64,000 nt of DNA, from positions 21,207 to 85,206 of IMG/VR virus record IMGVR_UViG_3300035034_002799, one strand, 5' to 3'. Each line of letters begins with the position of its first letter. Position 1 is the stretch's first letter. Below are positions 1 through 9,238 of the stretch, piece by piece. The notes below the pieces were generated by a model that was not told where the DNA came from, made no database searches, and saw only the letters and a list, made by a program, of their open reading frames with translations. A program made the translations under genes and the position numbers. Origin of the DNA: a virus.

Positions 1-2
1 GA

Positions 3-836
3 CCACCAGGGCTACATAATTTTTATATTGTTAATGCTCCTGATGAAATCTCAGCTAAGGGGTTTGTGTGGAGAAGTTTTGGCAACAACAGAGCATTGAT
101 GGGTCAAATATCGGCATGTACTTTTGCGACTCAATTACCTTTAATAATAAGTACTGTTAATGATCAACCAGGGAAATTTTGGTCTTATGTTCCAATCGGT
201 GGTCGTAGATCACATGGACAGCGCAGGATCACTCCTAAGAGAGAAGATGTATTAGCTAAAAACGAATATGGTGAAATGTCAGCACAGGCATATCAGCATA
301 TACCACCAGATGTACCACCAGATACTACATCTCTTACAGAAGATGATATTAGAAGAGCAAGGGCAGAAACTGGCGCGGCTCGTTCTCCTCAACAAGCTCC
401 TCAACAAGCTCCTCAACAAGCTCCTCAAGTACCAAACTTTAATGGTATGGACCCACAGCAGATGATGGCAGCAATGACTGCTATGATGGCAGCATTTACA
501 CAGGGACAACAACCACAGGAACAACAACCACAAGCTTTTTCAGAAGCAGAACTTGAACGCCAAGCTGAACAAATGGAAGGAAGTAAACCTATTTCGGAAT
601 TACCTCCAGAAATTAACGCTGCCACGAGACTAGCCTCAGCTAGTCCTAGTGAACCTCAAAAAGTTTCAGAACAAGAAGATGCTGATCTTCAAGCAGCGAT
701 TAAAACTCAACGAGAAGCGGGTAAAATTCCTAAAGCAGGTACTCTCCCTGACGAGTTTAAAATCGACGATAACGTTGAAGATATGGAAGCAATGAGTCGT
801 AAACTTAAGAGTGAATTGGATGATATGAATGGTTAA
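3..836 (+). CDS. Hypothetical protein, 5'-partial, with Q/P-rich low-complexity C-terminal half
   Basis: Frame is open from the window start (PPGLHNFYIVN...) to the stop at 836; contains PQQA repeats; overlaps the next start. Confidence 0.7.
   Translation, partial: PPGLHNFYIVNAPDEISAKGFVWRSFGNNRALMGQISACTFATQLPLIISTVNDQPGKFWSYVPIGGRRSHGQRRITPKREDVLAKNEYGEMSAQAYQHIPPDVPPDTTSLTEDDIRRARAETGAARSPQQAPQQAPQQAPQVPNFNGMDPQQMMAAMTAMMAAFTQGQQPQEQQPQAFSEAELERQAEQMEGSKPISELPPEINAATRLASASPSEPQKVSEQEDADLQAAIKTQREAGKIPKAGTLPDEFKIDDNVEDMEAMSRKLKSELDDMNG
387..428 (+). repeat. 12-bp tandem repeat (CCTCAACAAGCT)x3.5 encoding PQQA
   Basis: Directly visible. Confidence 0.95.
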
Positions 837-1260
837 GCGTAAAAGTCTTAACAAGCAAAAGAAAAAGAATGATCATCTATGGGAAATATTAGATGATATT
901 AAATGGCATAAAACAGGGAAGCTTCTTGATAATGAAGAATTTTTCAAGAAGTTTTCTCCTTATTTAGTGTTGCGTATTCTTTCAATGGACAGAGCTAATC
1001 TTGAGGTTGTTAATCTAATTAATCAATATCAAAACGACTCCCATATTGACAATAAAATGATATATACTATTCTTGTTGATCTAATTCCTAAAAACAAAGG
1101 TTTCACCAAATACATAAAACAAGAGAAAGTTAAGAATGAATATGTCAACATTATTATGGGATATTTTGAATGTTCTCGTAAGGACGCTGAAATTTATTTA
1201 GATATGCAGGGTGAAAATTGGGTTAAGGAAATAATGAACGAATATGGTGGAAAAAGATAA
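829..1260 (+). CDS. gp62: T4-like clamp loader small subunit
   Basis: FSPYLVLRILS...LIPKNKGFTKYIK...YFECSRKDAEIYL pattern; lies directly upstream of regA as in T4-like phages. Confidence 0.75.
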   Translation: MVKRKSLNKQKKKNDHLWEILDDIKWHKTGKLLDNEEFFKKFSPYLVLRILSMDRANLEVVNLINQYQNDSHIDNKMIYTILVDLIPKNKGFTKYIKQEKVKNEYVNIIMGYFECSRKDAEIYLDMQGENWVKEIMNEYGGKR

Positions 1261-1314
1261 TTATTTTGATCATGATATAATACTTTTGTTCGTGATGTTA
1301 TGACAAGGAGATAT

Positions 1315-1698
1315 ATGATGTCAGATATTGAATTGGGTATTAAAGTGGAGTTAAAAGCCGAAGAAGCTGTTATACATGAAACCCTTGAGAGAATTGGTGT
1401 AGTTGATGATAGAAATAAAGTTATTTACCCTTCGTGTTATTTGAGAAAATTGGAAAATGATGAATATGCTATAGTTCATTTTAAAGAATTATTCGTTTTG
1501 CAAAATAAACCTAGTACCTTTAATAAACTTGATGATCTTAGACGCTCAACCATTGCGTTCTTTCTACAGAAATGGGGTCTAATCTCCGTTTATCATCCCG
1601 AAGACATCCAACGAATTTTAACCAAGAAAATAGACGTAGTTTCTCATAAAGATAAGAGAGAATACAAGGTCGTTCATAAATTCAAGCATAATCGTTAG
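1315..1698 (+). CDS. regA: RegA translational repressor
   Basis: ETLERIGV...IYPSCYL...YAIVHFKELF...RRSTIAFFLQKWGL motifs; AAGGAG RBS before ATG 1315. Confidence 0.9.
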   Translation: MMSDIELGIKVELKAEEAVIHETLERIGVVDDRNKVIYPSCYLRKLENDEYAIVHFKELFVLQNKPSTFNKLDDLRRSTIAFFLQKWGLISVYHPEDIQRILTKKIDVVSHKDKREYKVVHKFKHNR

Positions 1699-1738
1699 AA
1701 TTTGTTTTTGTTGGATATAATTAGTGTATAATTAGCTA

Positions 1739-2791
1739 ATGAAGTTACCGCAGTATATAGTTCATAATATTTGGTATCGAATAGATGTTAGTGCTAAGCC
1801 TATTAGAACTTCTAATGTTTTTGTTCATTCTGGAAAATGTCCATTGTGCGAAGATCACAAACACCGCATGTATATTAGGGAATACCCAGACTTTTATAAT
1901 GTTAAATGTCATAACTGTGGGTACAATAGTAATATTGAAAGTTTTTTAAAAGACGAATACCCCGCTGAATATGATTCGCTTAAAGAGTATTTCATTGAGT
2001 CTATTAGAACTAGAGAGCTTTTCAAAAAACCTGTTCATATCCCAAAAGAAGAAAAATCTAAAAGCGAATTCGAGATGACCGATATGCGTTTGAGGTTATA
2101 CCTCAAGGAAAACGGTTTCCGCATTGTTCGTCCACAGAAGGACCGTAAATTAGAGATTTTACGCCAGAGAGTCTTGCGGTACCTAGAAGGAAGAAAGCTT
2201 CCTAAAACCGTATACAGTGACTTCTGGGTGATGACAGATGGTTTCCTTAGAGGTTACATTGCTATCCCATTTTACGATGAAAACAAGAGTCACATAATTC
2301 ACGTTCAAGGTCGTTTGTTTGCCGAACTAGGTAGATCAGACCCACAGAAATATTTGTTTTTAAAAGACCTTGATAGTCATGTTGTTATTGAATTACCAGG
2401 CAAAGAAATTTGGGGTCAGTGGAGAGTTACTAATAAAGATACTGTAATTATATGTGAAGGTACTCTTGATGCTGCTGCGTTCGAAAAAGGAGTAGCTACT
2501 TGTGGTGCGACAATAGGTGATGGCTTTATTAGAGATATAAAAAGAAAATACCCAAATAGAATATGGTCTGTTGATAACTTTTGGAACGATAAAGAAGGAA
2601 AGAAACTTACTGAGAAACTTCTTCTTATGGGAGAGACTTGTTTTATATTACCTAATGATCCAAATATAAAAGATTCTAATGATTTGATTAAAACTATAGA
2701 TGGTGAATATATAACCTCTGAAATGTTAGATAAGTGTTCATATACTGGAAAACTCGGTTTAGCTAAATTACGTCTTCAAAATATGATATAA
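1739..2791 (+). CDS. gp61: T4-like DNA primase
   Basis: Zn finger CPLC...KCHNCG; TOPRIM ICEGTLDA; IPFYD...QGR; KDSND. Confidence 0.85.
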   Translation: MKLPQYIVHNIWYRIDVSAKPIRTSNVFVHSGKCPLCEDHKHRMYIREYPDFYNVKCHNCGYNSNIESFLKDEYPAEYDSLKEYFIESIRTRELFKKPVHIPKEEKSKSEFEMTDMRLRLYLKENGFRIVRPQKDRKLEILRQRVLRYLEGRKLPKTVYSDFWVMTDGFLRGYIAIPFYDENKSHIIHVQGRLFAELGRSDPQKYLFLKDLDSHVVIELPGKEIWGQWRVTNKDTVIICEGTLDAAAFEKGVATCGATIGDGFIRDIKRKYPNRIWSVDNFWNDKEGKKLTEKLLLMGETCFILPNDPNIKDSNDLIKTIDGEYITSEMLDKCSYTGKLGLAKLRLQNMI

Positions 2792-2817
2792 TAAAACTGG
2801 ATTTTCGCGGAGGTAAT

Positions 2818-3948
2818 ATGAAAACAGCAATAATGATACCAGCTCGCTCAGGGAGTAAAAGAGTTCCGAATAAAAATTTAAGACTATTAAGTGGGAAACC
2901 ACTAATTACTTACGTTATTGAAACTTGTCTTAAAACGGATTTAGACGTTTGGGTGAATACAGACGATTTAAAGATTATTAATATGTGCCAAGATTTATTC
3001 CCAGAAGTAAATATCTTTAAAAGAAAACCTGAACTTTGTTCAGATACTGCTACTAATGATGATTTTATGTTGGATTTTATGAACAAAGAATTACGTTACA
3101 GTCATTTTCTTCAAGTCCTACCAACTTCTCCATTTGTAACTTTAGATGAAATTAATAATTTTGTATTGGCTATGAAAAGTCACGATACCGTTGTTTCAGT
3201 AAAAAATGCTCAAATTGGATGTGTATATGGTGACAGACCAATTAACTTCTCCAAAGATAAAAAGAACCCACCCTCACAGGAAATGACTCCTATCGGAATT
3301 TATGCCACTTCTTTAATGGGTTGGGAACGAACCACTTTTATTGATAATATGAATGAACTAGGCTGTGCGTATCATGGTGGTTTAGGATCAATAAAGTATT
3401 TTGAGCTTAGTGGGTTCTCTACTATTGATATTGACAACGAATCAGATTTTTTACTAGCAGAAGCGGTTGCTCAATTTATCCCTTTTCAAAGTCTCTATAA
3501 AAAGTTCTACTATGAAGATGGACAGTATATCGACTATTTTGTACCCAGAGTACTGAAAGATGATGGTATTGAAAAAACCACAGAAGTTAAACCAAACCAG
3601 AGAGTGGTTAGTGTTACTAATTTAATGCAAGAAATGACAGACCAAGAAGCTTGGTATAAGACAATTGTAGACTCCGATAGTAATTCGTGTACAGTGGTTA
3701 ATCAAATGCCAGGAGAAGGTAACCGCCGCCATTATCACGCTAAGTGGAATGAGTGGTGGTATATTATTAGAGGTCAATGGAGATTCGATATTGAAGATGA
3801 GTCATATGTCGTAAAAGCTGGTGACTTAGTGTTTATTGAAAAGGGGAATAAACATCAGATAACGGCAATTGGTAATACCATTGCTTCTAGGTTAGCAGTG
3901 TCAAGATATGACGTTGAACATATTTATGCGGAGAAGCCAATTAGATGA
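2818..3948 (+). CDS. Acylneuraminate (CMP-ulosonate) cytidylyltransferase fused to C-terminal cupin
   Basis: IPARSGSKRVPNKN, PTSPF and IDIDNESDF (NeuA/CMAS family); cupin HYHAKWNEWW...GNKHQI. Confidence 0.85.
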   Translation: MKTAIMIPARSGSKRVPNKNLRLLSGKPLITYVIETCLKTDLDVWVNTDDLKIINMCQDLFPEVNIFKRKPELCSDTATNDDFMLDFMNKELRYSHFLQVLPTSPFVTLDEINNFVLAMKSHDTVVSVKNAQIGCVYGDRPINFSKDKKNPPSQEMTPIGIYATSLMGWERTTFIDNMNELGCAYHGGLGSIKYFELSGFSTIDIDNESDFLLAEAVAQFIPFQSLYKKFYYEDGQYIDYFVPRVLKDDGIEKTTEVKPNQRVVSVTNLMQEMTDQEAWYKTIVDSDSNSCTVVNQMPGEGNRRHYHAKWNEWWYIIRGQWRFDIEDESYVVKAGDLVFIEKGNKHQITAIGNTIASRLAVSRYDVEHIYAEKPIR

Positions 3949-4265
3949 GCTTTGTACATCACAAAACTAATGGTAAAAAACTAGGAGCGAAACTTCTCTT
4001 TGAGGGAGAAGACTATTCGGTCTATGTTATCAATGAAAAAGAAGGGAAAGTAATACCCAATCATATGCATAGTCATTGGGATGAATCATGGTATATTATT
4101 AATGGATTATATAGCATTACAATTGAAGGTAAGAATGTTTTTGCTTACCCAGGTGATTTTATTACAGTAGAGAGAAATACTCGACATTCTATTAGATGTG
4201 CATCAGATAATGCCACTCGTCTTGCTATTTTCAAAAAAGATGTGGGGATTGAGTATGAAGATTGA
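3945..4265 (+). CDS. Cupin domain protein
   Basis: HMHSHWDESWY...GD...NTRH metal-binding cupin motifs. Confidence 0.85.
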   Translation: MSFVHHKTNGKKLGAKLLFEGEDYSVYVINEKEGKVIPNHMHSHWDESWYIINGLYSITIEGKNVFAYPGDFITVERNTRHSIRCASDNATRLAIFKKDVGIEYED

Positions 4266-4962
4266 TTTTACGGGAAAGAGGGTTTTAGTTACTGGAGGAA
4301 GTAAGGGTATTGGTAAGAAACTCGTTGAAGATTTTAATAGTTTGGGTGCTGATGTGTATTGGACGAGTACTAAAAAAGTTTGCAACCTAAAGCATTGGCA
4401 AGTTGATCTTACAAATTATAATGAAACTATAGAATTTATAAAATGGATTAAGACTATGGAATTTGATATTCTCATTAATAATGCAGGTACTAATAAGATT
4501 GGACCTATTGAAGAATATGATATAAGGGACTATGAACAAATAATCAACCTAAACCTAACATCGTGTTTCAAAACAACACAAGCGGTTATTCCTCACATGA
4601 AAGAAACTAGTTGGGGGCGAATTGTGAACATTACTTCAATTTCAAGTGAGATTAGTATGCCTCTTCGTTCTGCTTATTGTTCGAGTAAATTTGGCTTACT
4701 TGGTTTAACAAAAGCTTCTGCTGTCGAATTGGCTAAATATGGTATTTTAGTAAATTCAGTTGGACCAGGGGTTACTGAAACAGAATTAACAGTTGATGTA
4801 CTTGGCAGAGAAAAGATGAACGAAATAGCATCTAATGTACCTATAGGTCGTTTAGCTACTGTTGATGATATTTCAAAAACAGTCATGTTTATGTCAAGTG
4901 ATTTAAATACTTATATGGTAGGTCAAAACGTTATTGTTGATGGGGGGTATACTTGTGTTTAA
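4255..4962 (+). CDS. SDR family NAD(P)-dependent oxidoreductase
   Basis: TGGSKGIG, NNAG, YCSSK, VDGG. Confidence 0.92.
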   Translation: MKIDFTGKRVLVTGGSKGIGKKLVEDFNSLGADVYWTSTKKVCNLKHWQVDLTNYNETIEFIKWIKTMEFDILINNAGTNKIGPIEEYDIRDYEQIINLNLTSCFKTTQAVIPHMKETSWGRIVNITSISSEISMPLRSAYCSSKFGLLGLTKASAVELAKYGILVNSVGPGVTETELTVDVLGREKMNEIASNVPIGRLATVDDISKTVMFMSSDLNTYMVGQNVIVDGGYTCV

Positions 4963-6004
4963 AGTTAAATCATATAAAGGGATATATAAGGTAGAAACTA
5001 TTGATCATTTAACTTTCGATGATAATAAAGGTGATATTATAGTAGTTGATTCTTTTATTTGGGATCAATATATCTCAGTACTAAACCACATGGATATATT
5101 TGATGCTTCTGTATATGTATTAGAAACAACCGAAGAAACTAAAACGTTAGAAGAATCACAAAAGTTAATAGATAAGATGATTCAGATTGGCTTTAATAAG
5201 AGTAATAAACTTATTGCTGTTGGTGGCGGTGTTATTCAAGACCTTGTATCGTTTACAGCCTCTATATATTCAAGAGGTGTTGATTGGGTGTTTTATCCTA
5301 CCACTCTTCTCGCTCAATGTGATAGTTGCATAGGAAGTAAGACTTCCATAAACTACAAAGGCAGTAAAAATAAGTTGGGAGGGTTTCATCCACCTAAAGA
5401 GATTTATATTTACCGAAAGTTTCTTGAAACACTTCCAGAGTCAGAGATAAAATCAGGCATTGGGGAAATGCTACATTATTTTTTATTGGACCATAATTTT
5501 GACATATCAGAAAAGATGGTCAATGATGAAAATGTTTTAGAAAATATAGAAGAGTATGTAAAAGAAAGTCTCTCAATAAAAAAAGAAATGATTGAAAAAG
5601 ACGAGTTTGATAAAGGAGAACGTAACTTATTTAATTACGGTCATACTTTTGGACACGCTATCGAATCAATCAGTAACTATGAAGTCAATCATGGACAAGC
5701 AGTTACATTGGGAATGGAAATAGCTAATAGAATTTCATTAAAAAAAGAGTTAATCTCAAAAGATGTTTATAAAAGACTTAATAATATACTTATAAAAAAT
5801 ATACCTAACTATGGAATCAATAATAACGATAAATACGTACAAGCTCTTAATAACGATAAGAAAAACATTAGTAATAACTTAACATGTATATTACTCACAA
5901 GTGAATATGCTATAAAAACAGAAATTGCCTACGAAGATGTAGTGGAGGTGATTAATGAGTTATTTGGGGATAATTTAAATTATCCCATAGATTTTATGAT
6001 TTGA
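4955..6004 (+). CDS. AroB/3-dehydroquinate synthase-related sugar-phosphate cyclase or phospholyase
   Basis: GGGVIQD, PTTLLAQCDSCIGSKT, NYGHTFGHAIE, HGQAV; GTG start overlaps the SDR stop. Confidence 0.85.
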   Translation: MFKVKSYKGIYKVETIDHLTFDDNKGDIIVVDSFIWDQYISVLNHMDIFDASVYVLETTEETKTLEESQKLIDKMIQIGFNKSNKLIAVGGGVIQDLVSFTASIYSRGVDWVFYPTTLLAQCDSCIGSKTSINYKGSKNKLGGFHPPKEIYIYRKFLETLPESEIKSGIGEMLHYFLLDHNFDISEKMVNDENVLENIEEYVKESLSIKKEMIEKDEFDKGERNLFNYGHTFGHAIESISNYEVNHGQAVTLGMEIANRISLKKELISKDVYKRLNNILIKNIPNYGINNNDKYVQALNNDKKNISNNLTCILLTSEYAIKTEIAYEDVVEVINELFGDNLNYPIDFMI

Positions 6005-6011
6005 GGTTTAT

Positions 6012-6791
6012 ATGAAAGTTTATAGTTTAACAAAGACACTAGATGATTACGTTGATTTTTATATTAACGACCCTTCCGAAGCGGAAGTTATTGTTGTTGG
6101 TGGGTCAAGTATTGATCTCGAAAAATTTCCTAAACTCAAATACATATTTAAGTGTGGAGTTGGGGTAGATAATATACCAGACCTTAAAGACACTGGTGTT
6201 AAATTGATTATGCCTTCCGAATTGACAAAAATCAAAATTTACGATGAGGTTTCTTCATTTGCTGTATTTTTAATTTTACAATCTCATTATAGAAAATTAG
6301 GTAATGTTTCTAAATGGGAAAAAGAAGAAAGAAAAACACTTTCTGATAAATCATGTCTAACAGTAGGGAGCATGGGTAATATTGGTAGATTTGTTTTTGA
6401 CAAATTAGAAGATTTGTTTAAAGATAATGTTGGATTTGATGTGAATTCTTTTTTCCATACTACATTAGAAAAGGAAATGAAGTCGGCAGATATTGTAACC
6501 CTTCATTGTCCTCTTACTGATGGTAATAGAGGAATGATAAAAACAGAATGGCTTAAAGATGATGTGATATTGGTTAATACCGCAAGAGCAGAATTAGTAG
6601 ATGAAAATGAATTATATGAATTCCTAAAAAGTAACCCAAAGGCAACTGCCGCATTTGACGTATTTTGGGAAGAACCATATAAAGGTAAACTACTAGAACT
6701 TGATAACTTCATTGCCACACCACACGTTGCAAGTATGGGTGATGGTTTTCGTAAAGGTCTGTATAGAGACTTGATGGAGTTATTAAAATGA
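6012..6791 (+). CDS. D-isomer 2-hydroxyacid dehydrogenase (PGDH-like)
   Basis: GVGVDNI, LHCPLT, LVNTARA, DVFWEEP, TPHVAS. Confidence 0.9.
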   Translation: MKVYSLTKTLDDYVDFYINDPSEAEVIVVGGSSIDLEKFPKLKYIFKCGVGVDNIPDLKDTGVKLIMPSELTKIKIYDEVSSFAVFLILQSHYRKLGNVSKWEKEERKTLSDKSCLTVGSMGNIGRFVFDKLEDLFKDNVGFDVNSFFHTTLEKEMKSADIVTLHCPLTDGNRGMIKTEWLKDDVILVNTARAELVDENELYEFLKSNPKATAAFDVFWEEPYKGKLLELDNFIATPHVASMGDGFRKGLYRDLMELLK

Positions 6792-7756
6792 AAATTGGGA
6801 TAATTGGATATGGTAAAATAGGAAAGATTAGACATGAGGTTTGTAAACAACTAATACCTAATGCTGAATATATGATTTATGATCCAAACGAAGAAACCAA
6901 TTGTAAGAGTAGTCAAGAAGTAATAGATAAGACAGACCACGTATTTATTTGCACGCCAAATTTTTTAACCTCTGATTTAACTATAAAATGTTTAATGGCT
7001 GGTAAGAATATTTTTTGTGAAAAACCACCAGCATTAAATTATGATGAGTTGCTTGAAGTTAATTATGCATACAGTAAAAACCGTAATTTGACTTTATTGT
7101 ATGGATTTAATCATCGCCAATACGACAGTATTCAAAAGATGAAAGAGTTTATTGACAGTCAAGAAACTGGAAAAATTTTATGGATGAGAGGAAGGTACGG
7201 AAAGGCAATGGGTGATCCTAATACTACAGGATGGAGAGCAGACCCTAAAAAATGTGGAGGTGGTATTCTTTTAGACCAAGGTATTCATATGTTAGATTTA
7301 ATGAATTGGTTTGGTGGGGATTTTGATACAGTTCAATCCGTCATAACAAATAATCTTTGGGGTATTGAAGGAATAGAAGATAATGCATTTTTAAATCTTT
7401 ATAATAGCTCGGATAACATTTCAGCATCGCTCCATTCGACGATGATAGAATGGAGACATATATTTTCATTAGAAATTGTTTTAGAACGAGGATATGTTGC
7501 TCTCAATGGTTTAAAGACTCCATCTGGGTCTTATGGTAAAGAAGAGTTAACCATATGTAAAGACAAACATTTTGATTCCGATACGTCCACTAAAGAAACT
7601 ATAGAGTTTAAGAACAATGATACTTGGTACAAGGAAGTACAATTATTTTTTGATAGTATTTTATCTGGAAAAAATAAAACTAATATAGAAGACGCGCTTG
7701 AAGTAATGAGGTTGATTAAGGAGGCTTATAATGGTATTAATGAAAAGACTCCCTGA
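6788..7756 (+). CDS. Gfo/Idh/MocA oxidoreductase
   Basis: GIIGYGKIG, CEKPP, GFNHR, GGGILLDQGIHMLD. Confidence 0.92.
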   Translation: MKIGIIGYGKIGKIRHEVCKQLIPNAEYMIYDPNEETNCKSSQEVIDKTDHVFICTPNFLTSDLTIKCLMAGKNIFCEKPPALNYDELLEVNYAYSKNRNLTLLYGFNHRQYDSIQKMKEFIDSQETGKILWMRGRYGKAMGDPNTTGWRADPKKCGGGILLDQGIHMLDLMNWFGGDFDTVQSVITNNLWGIEGIEDNAFLNLYNSSDNISASLHSTMIEWRHIFSLEIVLERGYVALNGLKTPSGSYGKEELTICKDKHFDSDTSTKETIEFKNNDTWYKEVQLFFDSILSGKNKTNIEDALEVMRLIKEAYNGINEKTP

Positions 7757-8963
7757 AGATTTTTATAAAGATAAAAAAGTAATTGTTATTGGACCGTCAG
7801 AAGGTGCTCCTAAAGAAGTTGAACAAGTTAACCTAGATGATTATGATTATGTTATAAGACTAAACGATCATTTTTACGACTCTGATAAACATGGTCTAGG
7901 TAAAAGAACTGATATAATTTATCATTCTCTTCTTAGTGGTCAATATAATAAAGACCATCTAACTTATTTAATAAAACACAATATTAAACTTATTGCTAGA
8001 TACTGTAGTCCTAATAAAAAAATTGATGGTTATTTAAGAATGTGTGGAGACGAAACCCCAGATTGGTATCTTTTTAATGAAGGAAGAGCCAAACGCTGTC
8101 CTATTGTATTAAAGTGTTGTCCAAGTACTGGAATTCTTGCAATATATGACGCATTAACGGATGGCGCTAAAGAAGTAGCTGCTTTAGGTTTCGATTTTTA
8201 TGAAACATTTTACACTGAGCGTCCTATAGAAACTATGAAACCAAAATCAATAAGCCGTATTATAAATGGTAACCATCGCCCAGCGACCCAACTTAGAAAT
8301 TTTACTAAATGGGCTATGTGTAATAGAAGATTCAATCCAATTGGTAGATTTAAAGAACTTTTTGAAAGGGAGAAAATGATCATGAGTGAAGAAAAATTAT
8401 TTCTTAAAAATAGAGTACAGGATGCCGCTAGAGCATCGCTTAATTTAGAATTGACGAGCGCATATGAATTCGCAGAAAAGATTTTTGAATTGAGGAAATC
8501 AGGTAAGAAAGCTATTTTCATGGGTAATGGTGCTTCGTATACTATCGCAAACCACGCTGCTCTTGATTATATGAGCCAACTGGGTATTCAGACGTTATGC
8601 GCAGCAGACCAAGCAGTTCTTACTGCGTTTGCTAATGATTTTGGGTATGACCACGCCTTAGAAAGATACTGTAAGATTAACTATAAAAAAGGTGATATTT
8701 TAGTTTGTGTTAGTTCAAGTGGTAACTCACCAAATGTAGTTAACGCTGCTAAATGGGTCAAAGCTCAAGGAGGAACTGTTGTTACGTTTACTGGATTTGA
8801 GCAAGATAATAAATTATCTGAGATAGCAAGCAGTAACTTTTGGGTAAACAGTAAAGTATATAACATAGTTGAATCTGTTCATAATCTTTGGCTAGCTATG
8901 ATTTGTGATCTTATGATTGAATGGATGGGTGATGGTGTAGGTACTCACGGTATTAATATATGA
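7731..8963 (+). CDS. GT29-like (sialyltransferase-like) domain fused to GmhA-like SIS phosphosugar isomerase
   Basis: N-term DDYDYVIRLN...GKRTD, PSTG...GFDFY; C-term GNGAS, ANDFGY, SSSGNSPNV, VESVH; AAGGAGG RBS. Confidence 0.75.
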   Translation: MVLMKRLPEDFYKDKKVIVIGPSEGAPKEVEQVNLDDYDYVIRLNDHFYDSDKHGLGKRTDIIYHSLLSGQYNKDHLTYLIKHNIKLIARYCSPNKKIDGYLRMCGDETPDWYLFNEGRAKRCPIVLKCCPSTGILAIYDALTDGAKEVAALGFDFYETFYTERPIETMKPKSISRIINGNHRPATQLRNFTKWAMCNRRFNPIGRFKELFEREKMIMSEEKLFLKNRVQDAARASLNLELTSAYEFAEKIFELRKSGKKAIFMGNGASYTIANHAALDYMSQLGIQTLCAADQAVLTAFANDFGYDHALERYCKINYKKGDILVCVSSSGNSPNVVNAAKWVKAQGGTVVTFTGFEQDNKLSEIASSNFWVNSKVYNIVESVHNLWLAMICDLMIEWMGDGVGTHGINI

Positions 8964-9004
8964 TAGACACGAACACATAAGATAAATTTTATATCATCTA
9001 GATG

Positions 9005-9012
9005 TATAAATA
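9005..9012 (+). promoter_or_regulatory. T4-type late promoter TATAAATA
   Basis: Exact consensus, intergenic, upstream of ATG 9035. Confidence 0.7.
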
Positions 9013-9034
9013 AAAGTTAATAGGTAGGTTAATT

Positions 9035-9238
9035 ATGAGTGACACATTAGAAACATTGGCAGAATACTCCAAAAACAAAAATGGTTTGATAATAGGACCA
9101 TCTTCAAATGTTTTACAAGACGTTCGAGGAATTGATGTTGATGGATATGACGTAATTGTTAGATTGGACGGTCATTATAATAGGAAAGATAAAAGGCTTG
9201 TACCACTAGGTATATTTAGGAATTTATTAAATGACTAA
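9035..9238 (+). pseudogene. Truncated paralog of the GT29-like domain
   Basis: IIGPSS...DVDGYDVIVRLDGH matches VIGPSE...NLDDYDYVIRLNDH of 7731; ends after 67 aa. Confidence 0.65.

Noticed and set aside
4955-6004. aroB as an aromatic amino acid auxiliary gene
   Set aside because: No other shikimate genes, altered motifs, and embedded in a nucleotide-sugar operon
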